Below are positions 1-58,588 of a stretch of 64,000 nucleotides of DNA, piece by piece; within the stretch, counting starts at the first letter, position 1; the number at the start of each line of letters is the position of its first letter. This DNA comes from Paraspadella gotoi (taxonomy: Eukaryota > Animalia > Chaetognatha): the NCBI GenBank assembly GCA_051294375.1, contig CM119268.1, positions 17,238,502-17,302,501 of the forward strand, given 5' to 3'. A program made the translations under genes and the position numbers. The notes beneath the pieces are model-generated. The model ran no database searches. It was not told the DNA's origin and worked only from the letters and a program-made list of their open reading frames with translations.

Positions 1-1328
1 GCTTCGGATCAGGCTGTAACCACATGTTACAGCGCGGTAAGCGCCGCGTCCCTCTTAACTGCAAGGCGGCCACCGGGTAGAACCCTGGACCTTTGGTTTG
101 GGGGCGATACGAACTTGCCTCTGGCACGCAAAGATGAACGGTTGTGGAATTAGGTTCCCACCATAGTACTAAGTAGTACTGAGAGACTACTTGCGCTATA
201 ATTCAATTTGACCTGTCTGTCCGTATTCTCTAATCGCATAAAAAGCACAAAAAGGAATCTATAAAATAAACGCACTATCAACTGTGAAAGTTGATATTAA
301 AATCTACAAATTGAAACCCACTATCCTTACCAAACTATGGAAAATCGTGGCTTTGAGTACAGGTATTTTGTCAGTTCAGCTCTGTCTCAACAACGCTGAT
401 TTCATGAGTTTGGTAAGCCTAGTGGGTTCATTGGATTCTCAACTATTAATTAATTAATTCTAAGTAAGTCTACTTTACACAGTTGATATTGCATTTATAA
501 GATTAGGCTTTTATAGTGGCTTTTTTATGCACTTTGGTAGTTTTGAAAATTGGATTTTTCTATAATTTGATGAGAATTGGCGGTTTTAGTTGACAGTAAT
601 TTCTTTAGTTCTTTGACAAGTTAGGCGAAACGTAATTTTGCTTGATCCGGACGGTAACATGAAGATAAGGCCGCGGGCTCAAAAGTCATCTGCGTGGAGC
701 GTCGTCATTAGCCAATCCGCGATTCAAGTTAATTTTTTCCAAGTTAATTTTGTTATATCAAATCAATGATAATTAGTGTTTAACTGTTTATATTTCTGAT
801 TTTTAAATGCACAATAAATTCCACTTTTGTAACTGCAACTTTATTTTGGCTACCTTCTTATTGATGACATAATAAGTAAATGCCGGCTTGATTCTGTTGA
901 ATGTTCGAAATTTTAAATTTTAAAAATTTAGAGTTAGAATTCTATGTGATGTGCCTTGATCTGATCTTTATTGTAATCTGAATGAAAAATTAACCAAAAT
1001 TTGTTGATAAATTAACGCCCCTTATTAGTGGATTTGTATAGCAAGTCTTGTTTCTAAAACTTCTTTATCCGAATTTTAATTATTTTATTTATTCTAAAAA
1101 TGGTCCTCCCAAAAAAAATTAAGGTTTAATTTATGCAGAGATGGAGAGAGAGAGAGACACACAATCAAAGCTTCCCAACAAATATTTAGAAAAGGACACT
1201 TTCTTCAGGTGTGAGGCAGATAAGACAGATATACACAATGTACTATTAAAACAAAATAATAATAAGTACTCTGATGGCAGCATATAGTAATTCAATTATT
1301 GTAATTTTTCTCTCTTAATCCTGCTCCA

Positions 1329-1395
1329 TTTTAGTTGGATCTGTTATGCAGCAGATCCGACTTTATAATTCCTTGGTTCAGTCCGTCGGGTCCGC
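1329..1395 (+). mobile_element. Head of a DINE-1/HINE-like repeat
   Basis: ttttag, ggatctg...cagatcc hairpin, ctttataa, gtccgtcgggtcc. Confidence 0.4.
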
Positions 1396-3505
1396 CCCCT
1401 CAATCTGTCGGGCATTCACGTTAAATCATGTCAGAACATCCGAATTATGAATAACATTATTGCAAAAGATTGCGTAAAAGATGTGGCCGCGTCCCATTCA
1501 CTTACCTCACACAAGGACGTTAGGATTTTGGAACTAGTTGGTAATGTTTATTTTATCAAATTGGCGACGAAGAAACGGAGATAAAGTTGAGTTTATTAAA
1601 AACGATGGATGAATATTAATTGAATTTAATTTCGACAGTTAAACAAGTACATGACAAAAATGAAATTAAAATGACGTGCACCACCGCTGTGTTCAAGCGT
1701 TTAACGTCGCGGGGGGTTTTTCGAGTGGCACTAATTTTCTGTTCTCTCTCGCTGAACGTTTCTAACACATATCGGGATATTATGGTAACAGGGGGTATCG
1801 TGGCGATGCCTGGGAGGGCATGCTCCCTATCCGCTGGCGCTTCAGGTTTGGAACTGCAGAGAGCTACGCCACGTTACTGGGCGTGTTTATGCCGACACAA
1901 TGACAACTTTAAACTCAGGCGTGACGGTGACTGGGATGGAACCCGGAAAATTATGGTCGGTGAAAGAGTCCGCTTGTGTACAAGCCCAATGGGACGAAGT
2001 GAGTGTCACGCCAAGCTTGAGGGAGGCGAAATTTGGATTCGCACAATATCTTTCTTCATTTCGCTGGGTTCGCGGAGAAACGGTCATGCGGGATCCTGAA
2101 TATCAACTCATGGTGTCCTATCAGCTCGGTCGTATTCTGTCCATGACGCAGCGTAACAAAGTTATTTTTTGCATATATTCGTTCAAAAATAATGTATCAT
2201 TATGGCTGAACGGGAGATAGCTGTGATACACGGGGCAGCGGGGTAATCTACCAATCTGGCGTAGGGCTTGCGGAACCTCAGTGACCGCCTCCTGTCACTG
2301 GCATGTTTTATCACCGCACCGTCACATTTAAGCCAAGAACCGGGTATCCAGGGAATTGAACTCCGGACCACGGATGGAATGAGATGATTTAGCCTGCTCA
2401 GGCCATTTGAACGAAGGCTGAGAGACGGACAAGCAGTGAGGCAGCTTTAAGTCCTTGCTGCCACAATCTTCTACCTTTATTTTATCTACTTCGGTATTCT
2501 TATGACTTCCTGAGTCTACGGTTTTTTCAATCATTTCTTATGAGGCCGGATCACGGCATACAAGCTGTAGGCTTAAATTCGGCCGTTCTAAAATGTGAAC
2601 TACGTAGTACTTTTTGTAGAACCAAAACGGAATCGCTTTAAATAGCGCGAGTTGATCCGCCGAGACACGCGTTTTTCGCGGTCTTTTTTTTGCTGATTAC
2701 TTTTGACGCTTAGTCCGATTTATATGAAATTTAGGATTTAGGCTAATTTCGCCAATTCTCATTTCCAACAATCACAATTTATATATAAGATACGATCCTA
2801 GTTTCGAAACGACTTGCAGCCCACCTTTTTATCACTTAGAACTTCCCAGGTAAATTTCTATGAGTTAAAAACACGGTAAGACATGGTTTCTTCAATGATT
2901 GTTTATCTAATCTCATTAACTTTCGTAATTTTTAGATATATAATTGTTCGAATTTTTTATGGTATAGATCATTTTTAAAATCGAATTCCTCATAAGAATC
3001 TTCACGTCTTTTACTTACATTAAAAGTTTTTAGGTAAGACGCCACATTATCTGATACAATTTTTTTTTCTTCATACGCTTTCCCTGATTCTTTTTCTTCA
3101 TTCTTTTCTCTCTTTCTTTATATTTTCCTCTTCCTCTTTCCTCCTTACTTCTCATCTGTCACTTACCATTTTTTGGCCCCTACCTTTTTCTGCCATTCAT
3201 GCACTTTCCTCACCTTTTTTTCTCCTTCTCTTTTTCCCTTTCTTTTCCCCTCTTTTTCTTTCCAATTTTCCCTCATTTCCTACCTTTTTTGTCTCACTAT
3301 TTTTTCCCCATTTGCCTATTTTGTTTGCCTTTGGCCCCTATTTCATTTTCTCTCCCTTCTCCTTTTCTTGTTTTCTCTTTCCTCTTCCCTCTCACTACGT
3401 TTACATTGAGCCATATAAAAGAAAATCTTTAATATGCATTATAAGAAAGGATATTAATGGTAACGGAGGTTTTTATTTCAATTTTGGTTGCCTAGCAAAT
3501 TTAGT

Positions 3506-3551
3506 AAATCGACAGATTTTGCGGAAAATCTTTCCGCAAATCTGTCGATTT
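3506..3551. repeat. Near-perfect 46-bp palindrome (hairpin)
   Basis: aaatcgacagattttgcggaaa-atc-tttccgcaaatctgtcgattt, with one bulged base. Confidence 0.9.
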
Positions 3552-4494
3552 TCAGAAAAAAACAAGTCCTGACGCTTTCCATTGGGTTAAAAGATGCGGT
3601 TTTTTTTGTTTTCTCAACGTCAGTAAGTACCCAATCTTTTAAAACTAATAAATGAGTTGAAATATTTTCTTATCATAAATAAATGCAAGTCACAAAAGTC
3701 ACAAATTAAAATTTGTCTTTAAAAATTATTTGTGGCTAAACGAAAAGAGTTTGTTTGATAATTTTGTAGGTGTTAAAAGCTTATTCTGTGAACTGTATTT
3801 TCTGTTAGTTTAAGCCAATTTAAACTATTTTGTTTAATAATTTATAATAAAAACTAAACTGCGACTTTTGACTTGTCAACTTTAAAAATAATTTATAAGT
3901 GAACTATGAATGATATAAGGAAAATATTTTTATCAAAGGTGAAGAAGATAGGAAGAAAGGAATTCCAAAATAAAAAATTTTCTCAACTTTCTTGGCATTC
4001 AAATTTGAAGACGAAAGTGAAAATGGACAAAATTGGACATGATTTTTTTTTCTAAAGTTGCAAAAATGTTACTCTTATATGATTAGAAATAGCTGGAGAA
4101 GGTTTTAACCAATCCGTATTTTTGGCCTAAATTTATATTATGGTGCAAATTAAAATTAATTTTGTTAATAGTAAATTGAACAATACTGGAAAAAGTAGTT
4201 TTTTCTCTGAATGCGAGGATCGTAAGCAGAGGCCTATAGAAATACATATATTTCCATATAAATTTTATTATATTTAAATATTAAACACAAAATATTTAAC
4301 AAATAAATAAAATCATAAATAATATTCATTTTAAATATAAAAAAATAAAGATAGTGAACAATTATTTTGAAGCNNNNNNNNNNNNNNNNNNNNNNNNNAT
4401 TCATATAGAAACTAACGAAATAGAAACTGAATTATTATTTCCCACCTTCCCACTTTTTCTACTTTCCTACCTTCCTACCTTCCTCTCCTAACAG

Positions 4495-4637
4495 AAACTC
4501 GCTCAATCGGCTACACCATCCAAGTCATGGCCCCGCGCGTGAAGGCATTCCTCACCCTTCACTCCTACGGACAGATCTGGGCCATGCCTTGGGTTCACTC
4601 TGGGGAACCGACCGAGGACCACGAGGATTTACTCGCG
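4495..4637 (+). CDS. Single internal exon of an M14 metallocarboxypeptidase (carboxypeptidase A/B-like)
   Basis: (E)TRSIGYTIQVMAPRVKAFLTLHSYGQIWAMPW contains the zinc-ligand HSY motif. Long pyrimidine tract plus cctaacag acceptor, GCG|GTGAGT donor. Confidence 0.8.
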
Positions 4638-5039
4638 GTGAGTATTAAATTTCTTATTACAAACTTTGCTACACTATCAAGTGAATTCATTGGTTTTCAG
4701 GGTTCAACTTTAAAATTTTAAAATTCAAATGTTGTTCGGTCGCCATTAACGTCAAATCGCTACTTTCTAAGATGATGTATTTTTGGTTTGAACGGTTTTT
4801 TTTAAAAAAAAGTCAAATATCGTGAAATTCTGCAAAGTTGACTTTACGATGGAAACTTTTCCCCTCGGCAATGGAATTTCCTTTTCTTCTCGTTATAACC
4901 TCCTTCGTCTCTACTTTCCTTCTTTTTATGATCGCCTTTAAAAATCCGTCGCTCGATCGTTAACAAAAGAACAAGGAGTCGAAGGAAATTTGCATCGATT
5001 TCACTGTTGTTGCCTTCTTTTTGCGACTCTGTCTCTCTC

Positions 5040-5075
<36 letters not shown>

Positions 5076-5844
5076 CAAAACACTAAAACGCCCTCTTAAC
5101 TGCAACAATTCCGAAAGTAAAGAAAAAGTTAAGATGTAGGAAGTGGTACAAATTGGGTTTTGTTTTATTTTTTTTTTTAATATTGTCATACGAAGAGAGT
5201 TAACGGAATTGTTTTTCATTAGCGAGACAGATTAGGTTCATATACAAGTGGAAAAATGTCTTATTTTTTTTCTGGTCGGGATAATATTAATTTTTTTTAA
5301 ATATTTATTATTACGTCGTCGTAATGAAGTGTAAATGGATACGATCATTGATAAATTAAAAATACTTTTTTAAAAAATATCTGGACGATGATAATGCGGA
5401 CATGATTGATGATATCTAATGACTTTCTTTGAAGATCATAATGCTGATGCTGATGCTGATGCTGATGCATAACGCTGATGAAGACGGCGTTATTACGAGA
5501 ATGATAATGTAGCCTATTATACTTCTTTTTTAAAATATACTGGATCGTTCGAGCATTTCCTTTCCAATTCAAATGATCTCTTAAAATAACGATGATATGA
5601 TGTGCGCAAGTACAAGAGTTTTTTTTTTTTTTTTTTATGTAAAAAGCCCGTATCAAAGTATTTTCGTGGCAGTAATTTCCGGGAAATAAAAAAAAAAAAC
5701 GTTTTAAACACAAATAAATCAATATATCTCTCGATTGTCAAAACAGGCAGGAAAACGTAGGGAAGGGGGAGAAGGCGAAAACACGTTTTATACGAAATAA
5801 AAAGAATAATACGAAAAAAAAATCAACGCATAATTTTATTAAGT

Positions 5845-51478
<45,634 letters not shown>

Positions 51479-51885
51479 GGAAACGGAGACGCGAGGGGTC
51501 GTGGTGAGAGAGGAAGGTAATGGTAAGTAAGTGACGCGTTGCCAAGGACTACAGGAATGCGTCGCCGAGGGCTGGAAGGCGATGCTAATTAAAGCGTCCT
51601 CGTTGCTAAGGGCATAGAAACGTTGCTCGATTGAACGGACATAGTTTTTTTTTATCTTATTTTTTTATTATTATTATTATTTTTTTGGAAAGGGCAAGTG
51701 TTCAAAAGTAGGGGAGGAAACTTGACGAAAACGGTTGCTTGAAGTGGCAAAGTATTTCAAGTGGCACCGTGGCAAAGTAGCTAATGGCAGAAGGCCAGAC
51801 TGAAATCTAGTGTAAGTTGTTTAAGATGAAACTGCGAAAAGAGAAAGCTACTAAGAGCTAAACGATAGAAAGCAAAAGAAAAGCT

Positions 51886-51938
51886 AAGGGCGGATACGAC
51901 AGATGTTAAGGGCGGAAACGACAGATGTTAAGGGCGGA
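51886..51938. repeat. About 22-bp tandem repeat, about 2.5 copies
   Basis: taagggcggatacgacagatgt repeated. Confidence 0.85.
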
Positions 51939-54505
51939 TTAGATGAGGGTAAAAATATGCGAGGTGCGTCGGCGAATATAAAAGCGACATTTTGTTAAAA
52001 ATATTTCCCCGTGTTTTGGTCTCTCGATCTCGTGGGGGGAAAGTTTCTGTTTAGATGTTTGTTTGTTTGTCATTCAGAATTTTTTCTAACGCCGGTTTTT
52101 TTTCTTTCGTCGAGAGGAGGAGAGAGTCGGTCGAGAGAGTGTCCCGTTTCTATGGCGACGAGAAAACAACATTTAAAAACAGACGAGGAAACGTCTATTT
52201 ATTAAAGGAGAGAAGAAGGTGTCAGCTTTGACGTTTCTAGCCACGATTGAATTTATGAGATTGATTAGTCTCAATTGTTATTTTAATTTTTCCAATGGTT
52301 TTTGTTTTCTTATTTTTTCCAACATTATTCCCCATCGAAGAAACAAATAATGGATTAATTTTTTTCCCTTTTTTGTTCTTTTTTTTCGTTTTTCCCTCTG
52401 ACGAACCGGAAGTTATTATCGCATAATTCACACGCGGAAATCTCGACGTTCGCCACGCCCCCTTCCGGCGACCGACAAACAAAACCGGGAAAAAAAGACA
52501 AAAGAACGGTAGAACAAAAGAAAGAAAATAAAGGAAAGTCGACGACGCGGGCGGAGAAAGGAAAAAATAGTCGTCAATGTGGTGGGGAATCTGGAGAATC
52601 TGGTGAACTGTGGAATTACAGGAATTGTGGATACATTATTGTGTAGGGAGACAGGATTGGGGACTGTTGTAAACGTGAAAATATACGTGGTGTTAGTTAA
52701 ATAATTATGAGAGAAAGTTGAAGGGAACGTAGTGACGGACGAGTGGATCGTAGTGACAGAGATTTTAATCCGCGAAAAAAAAAACTAAAATAAATTCATG
52801 TTTTTTTTTCCTCCGGCGTCGAATCCAAAGCCTCGCGATTTCTCGCTCTTTAGTTATTCAAATATTATTTTTTTTTATTTTATCCTTTCCATTTTTTTAT
52901 TATTTTTTTTTGTTGCGCCGCCGGCTCAGCTTTCGTTTCCTTCCGTCGACCGAAGGAGAGGAAATTTATTTTTTATGTGAAACTTTCGCCGCCTCGAGTT
53001 TTGCGAGAGAAAAAAAAAGGAAATTCGTTTTGCGTGTGAGGACGTGCGTGAGTCGGTGATATGCGTTAATGGGTGAGGCGACGGTGGATAAATAGTGAGG
53101 GACCGGCGTTTCGTCGTCGTCGTCGTTGTCGTCGTCGTCGTCGTTGTCGTCGTGTCTTTTACAGACTTTTATGTTTTTTTTTTTCTCGTTGTCGGCCTTG
53201 TTAACGAACAAGTTATAAGATTATCTAATTTATTTTTGAACGATAACTTATTTCAACCTGGAATTACGCCAATTGGGGCCTCGTGCCAATTGGAACCGTG
53301 GGCCAAATGGAACCGCGTGCCAACTCGAGCTGCGAGACGCCCGACGCATAAACGAGCGGTCGGCTAAACTGACCGACGAATGAACACTGTTGCGAGTCAA
53401 TGCTCGCGCCCGTGCTTTGAGCGGGCAACGACGAGGTGGAAGAACTCACTTAGCGTCGAACGCGTAAAAGGGGGGGGGATCGGTGCTTGAGATCGAAAGG
53501 GATGTCGCATCTTTGTTCGATCGCCTTTCCCAGTTTTAGCGATTAATAGATTTAGTCTGTAAATATTTGGTTTTTTTATTCAGAACAACCCGTGTCTTTT
53601 TAAAAATATGACTAATTTACTAAGTCCGTGTTTTATATTGCAATCCTACAACCAATGGAGTTTTACTATGATCGGAGGTGAACACACACGATTTTATTTT
53701 ATTTTATTTTTATTTCCTTTTTCTTTTTCCGATTTTTTTTCATTGGTTGTCAGATGGTTTAAGTTGGAGTTGAAGTTTGAGTCTAACGCAAAATTCGTTG
53801 GGCCGATTTTCTGCAGAAACTCCTCGAGATGTCGATGCCGCCTTCGCTGAAGAGAGGGAGACCTGGAAGGAAAAAGTGACAAATAGACTCACTGCCATTG
53901 ACGGCTTCGTTTTTCATTTTTAGGGGGGGAGGCGGGGGTGCAAGAAATGCTGAGGGGTTGTTATGAAATGGAGACATGGTAGTTGAGGGAATCAACACAG
54001 CTACTCCCTAATCTTTACTCAACTTTATTTTTTTTTGCTTTCTTATTTTTTTAAATTCTCTTTTCTAGTAATATTTAATTTAATTTTATTTTTTCTTCTT
54101 CCTCCTCTCCTCTCTACTTTTTTTTCCTCTCTACCGTTCGTTCCCCCCTTTTCCTTTCTACCTCTTTTCCCCCTTACTACTTTAATTTCTCAACCTCTCT
54201 TTTCTCTTCCTTCACATTTCCCATTTTTTCTCTTTTCTTCCACTTTTCTATCATTTCCTACTTTCTCCTTCCTTTCCTTCCCACTTCCTCCTTCCTCCCT
54301 ACTCCCTTTCTCCTTCCTTTCTTCTCCCTCCCCCTTTCTCTTCCACCATTTCGGATTTTTCTTTTCGCTTTCAAAGCAAAAAAATCGTCGCTATGGGAAC
54401 GAAGACGCGGAATCCGAAGTCTCTTGACGAAAAAACAGTTTATGACGACACAAAATGGTTTTTTTTTCCCCGGCGAGAATGCAGGTCTATTGGGGGCAGG
54501 CATAG

Positions 54506-54576
<71 letters not shown>

Positions 54577-55207
54577 TAAAATATATATTGAGGAAAAAAC
54601 TGCAAAAAGTGAATTGGATTTCGGATAAATATTTAGATGTGAGAGAAAAAAACGAATGTACGACAGACAAAAATATTTCAGGAAAAAAATTATCAGTCGG
54701 AATTTCTTATTCTCGGGGATATTTTGCCAAGTTAGGGAGAAAAAATTAGACCAAATTGTAACAAAATAATATTAAAAAGGTAAGAAAAGGGAGAAACATA
54801 GTTTAGTGAAATTTAAAAAAAAATTTTACATAAAGAAAACAAAACTGAAATTTTAATTCGAAATAATGGGGGGGGAACAGAGGAAACCCGAACACAAACT
54901 GTAAACACAAGCGAGAGCGCGAAGACAAAAAAGAAAAGGAGGAAGTCAGAAAGAAAAAGAAAAAAGAGGAAATTGGATGGAATATTAGGAGATAAATAGA
55001 TCTTGATTAGAAGAGAAAGGAGGAGGATGGGAGTTGGATTTCCTCGCGGAATCTTTACAAGTCTCAATCTTTAATGCAGAGTAATCGTCTTTTCTTGTTA
55101 CTAACACAATTTCACGCGAATCGTGAAATATTCACGGAGATCCAAATATTGTAAAGGGATAAACGGATAAGCAAGAGAGAAAGAAAGAAAGAAAAAAAAA
55201 GAAAAAA

Positions 55208-55303
<96 letters not shown>

Positions 55304-55870
55304 AAAAAAGGAAAGAGAGAAAAAACAAATAAGAATTATATAAAAGAAGAAATAAATTTAGAAAGAAAAAAAAAGAAAAAAGGAAGAAAAAACAATTTTT
55401 TCTCAAATTTTTTCTTCGAAAATGACAAAAATGAGTTTTGTTATTGTTGTTGTTATTGGTGTTGCCGGGCCTTGTTATTGTAGATTAAGTGTCAAAACTC
55501 ATATATGATTATTGATTAACAATTCAAGCACAATATAGAAATAAGGCACTTCTCTAGAAATTAAAACTTGAATATACAGTTTCTTGTTCACTTCAGATTT
55601 TGTATAGCAATAGAATAGTTAATTATCCAACGTTTTACAATATACGTCATAATTTGAACTTATTCTTAATTATATCATATGTGGCTTAAAATATATATAT
55701 TTTTTTTTAAATTGGGGAAAAAAGTCGATTTAACGAAAATCGATTGCGAAAGACAAACAATAAACAGAGAAAGAAAAAAACAGTGAAAGAGAAAAAGCAA
55801 GAAAACTTAGTTGGCGAATGGAAAAATAAGTGAGCCTCTTGCCGCGCTTAGACCGAAAGCGTCTCTTCTC

Positions 55871-55905
<35 letters not shown>

Positions 55906-55916
55906 ATTATCTCTCA

Positions 55917-55978
<62 letters not shown>

Positions 55979-55993
55979 TCTCTTCTCTCTCTC

Positions 55994-56072
<79 letters not shown>

Positions 56073-56167
56073 CCGATAGCTTTATTTCCTTCTTCTTTTT
56101 GAGGATGACAGTAACAGAGCGACAGCGATAGAACGAAAGAAAAGGAGGAAATCTTCTTTTCGGAAAA

Positions 56168-56275
<108 letters not shown>

Positions 56276-58495
56276 TCCCTTCTGTCGCTCATAAATCCTG
56301 TTGGAAAAAGGACGAATGCCTTCTAATTCTCTTCGCACTGGGATACGCGAAGAATAACATCTCAAACCTTTTAAAGTTCGTACAAAGTTGATAAAAGCAA
56401 ATGTTTTTTTTCTGTTTAAAGTCCTCATTTCAATGTGTTTAAATATTTTGTTATAGAGATAGAAATGTTTCTAAGGTGGAGTAAAACGAGTTTTTACAAT
56501 TCGATAACCGATATTTTTAAGTCAGTGTTGAGTGTTGAGAGTAAAGCGATACGATACATACAATACAATACATAAACATATATTATGTAGTATCAAGGTG
56601 GGTGGTATTATTGTTTTGTTTATGAAAGAGGAAACGATCGAGTTTAATTCGTGAAATTTATTATTGACGATCGGAAAGAATTTTGGGGCCTTGAGTCAAC
56701 ACAAATTACACGGTAATGTTTATTTCTGGGCATATTTAAAAAAGCGAGCTGTTATTCGCGGATCACAAACGAAACAAATTTTAAAGAAGTTTACAAACAA
56801 ACAAAAAACTAAATGTAATTTATAAAGACCAATTAAATTCACATATTGTCATTAAATTCACATCATTATCTTGTAAGAGTGATGGAGGCCTTACACAACC
56901 AAAGCTTGTCCGAAGTCCGGGGCATTATTTATATATTTCATATATGAAAGTCTCTCAAAAAAGTGAAAATCTCAAAATCTCCAACACTAATATTTTATAC
57001 ATTAACTTTTTTTATGTTAAAGGCAAAAGAGAGAAATGAAAAAAATTAAGGGGAAAGTTAAATGTTAAAAGTTTAATAGTTAAAAAAACTATGAAAGGAC
57101 AAGTATAACGAGGACGTTTTTGTTATTATTAAGTTTGGTAATTTTTTTACTTTTCTGTATCATTATATAGCAATTTTTTTAATCTTACCTAATATTGAGC
57201 AAATCGATGACGACATTTTTGATATGTAGAAAAAATTAGCAACATTTGTTGACCTAAAAGAAAAAAGTAGTTAATATTATTATTATTACGAGAATAATAA
57301 AACAGGGTAATCAAAATTCGATCAATAGAAAATGGGTCTTATAAATTTTGCACCCATGGGAAAAATTTTATCAATCACCCTAAAGACTCTGCAAAAGGCA
57401 AGAGAAAAAGATATTTTTTTTATTTTTAATTAAGACTCAAAGATAAAGTTTCACCCCAGAGAATTTTAATGAAGAAGAAGAAATAATTTACGGTTATCAT
57501 TCAATGAATATTCAAAAGCTCCGTCTTTTCAATTAGTGAATAATAATATTTAATGAGTCGACTTTAAATTTCCTTTTTTTTAAGGAAAAATTAACCTATT
57601 TTAATTTTTTTTTTTAAATTGCGGGTAACCAAAAATGAAACCCAAAGATCCGTCACTACCCTTAAAAAGCCTTTTAATCAGAGGGTTTTTTTCTGAGAGA
57701 TATCGAGCGCGTGTGGATCCAGAGTCAAAATGTGCGTGAATGACGCGATTAAGCGCGTGAGCAAGCGCTAGACGATGAATGGGAAGGCGCTTGTAAAAAG
57801 CATCTATAGGAACCGAATGAAAGGAGAATAAAAGACGGACGGAATTCCGGAGTCAAGTTGGAAGAAATCCGAGTAAAAGTGAAAGCTTTGCCATTGGGGA
57901 AAAGGCGAACGGAAGCAATAGGGAATGGGCGGAATAGTTATGGGAAAGGCGAACGAAAGTTATTGGAAAGGTACTCGAGAGGGGAAAGCAAAGGCGCGTA
58001 CAAGTTAGGGATATAATGCGAGTAAAAGTCATGGAAAAGGCGCAGGAAAAGCATGGAATAAGGAATAGAAAAATTGCAAGAAATCATGGAAATAACACGC
58101 GATAGACATGGTACAAACTCAAGGAAGCCATGGGAAAGGCGTGTTCTTTGTGAAATGAAAACGACAGACAAAGGCGCGTGAAATTAGGATTGGTGAGGCT
58201 TCGTCGCGGCAGGCGTCACCAACGTTGACGTCTAGTGGTCGTCGTCGTCTTCGTCTTCGTCATTTTAGCTCTCGTGCGTACTTTCCAAAACGTCAAACGC
58301 AAAACCAAGAAATTCTCCAGCGCTATGACAACAACGACGACAACAACGGAAAATTCTCTCCTCGTCGTATCTCCATTTTGGCGACGAAAAAACCGGACGC
58401 CCGAATCATTCTTGGCTCATACAATCTTTACGAGAATACCGTTTGGCGCTAAGAGAAAATAAGAAAAGCGTTACAAAAAAAACTGATTGTATGTA

Positions 58496-58588
<93 letters not shown>

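Noticed and set aside
60-150. Possible upstream carboxypeptidase exon (NPD...RLW-like)
   Set aside because: The motif spacing does not match NPDG...RxWRK and there are no usable splice sites.
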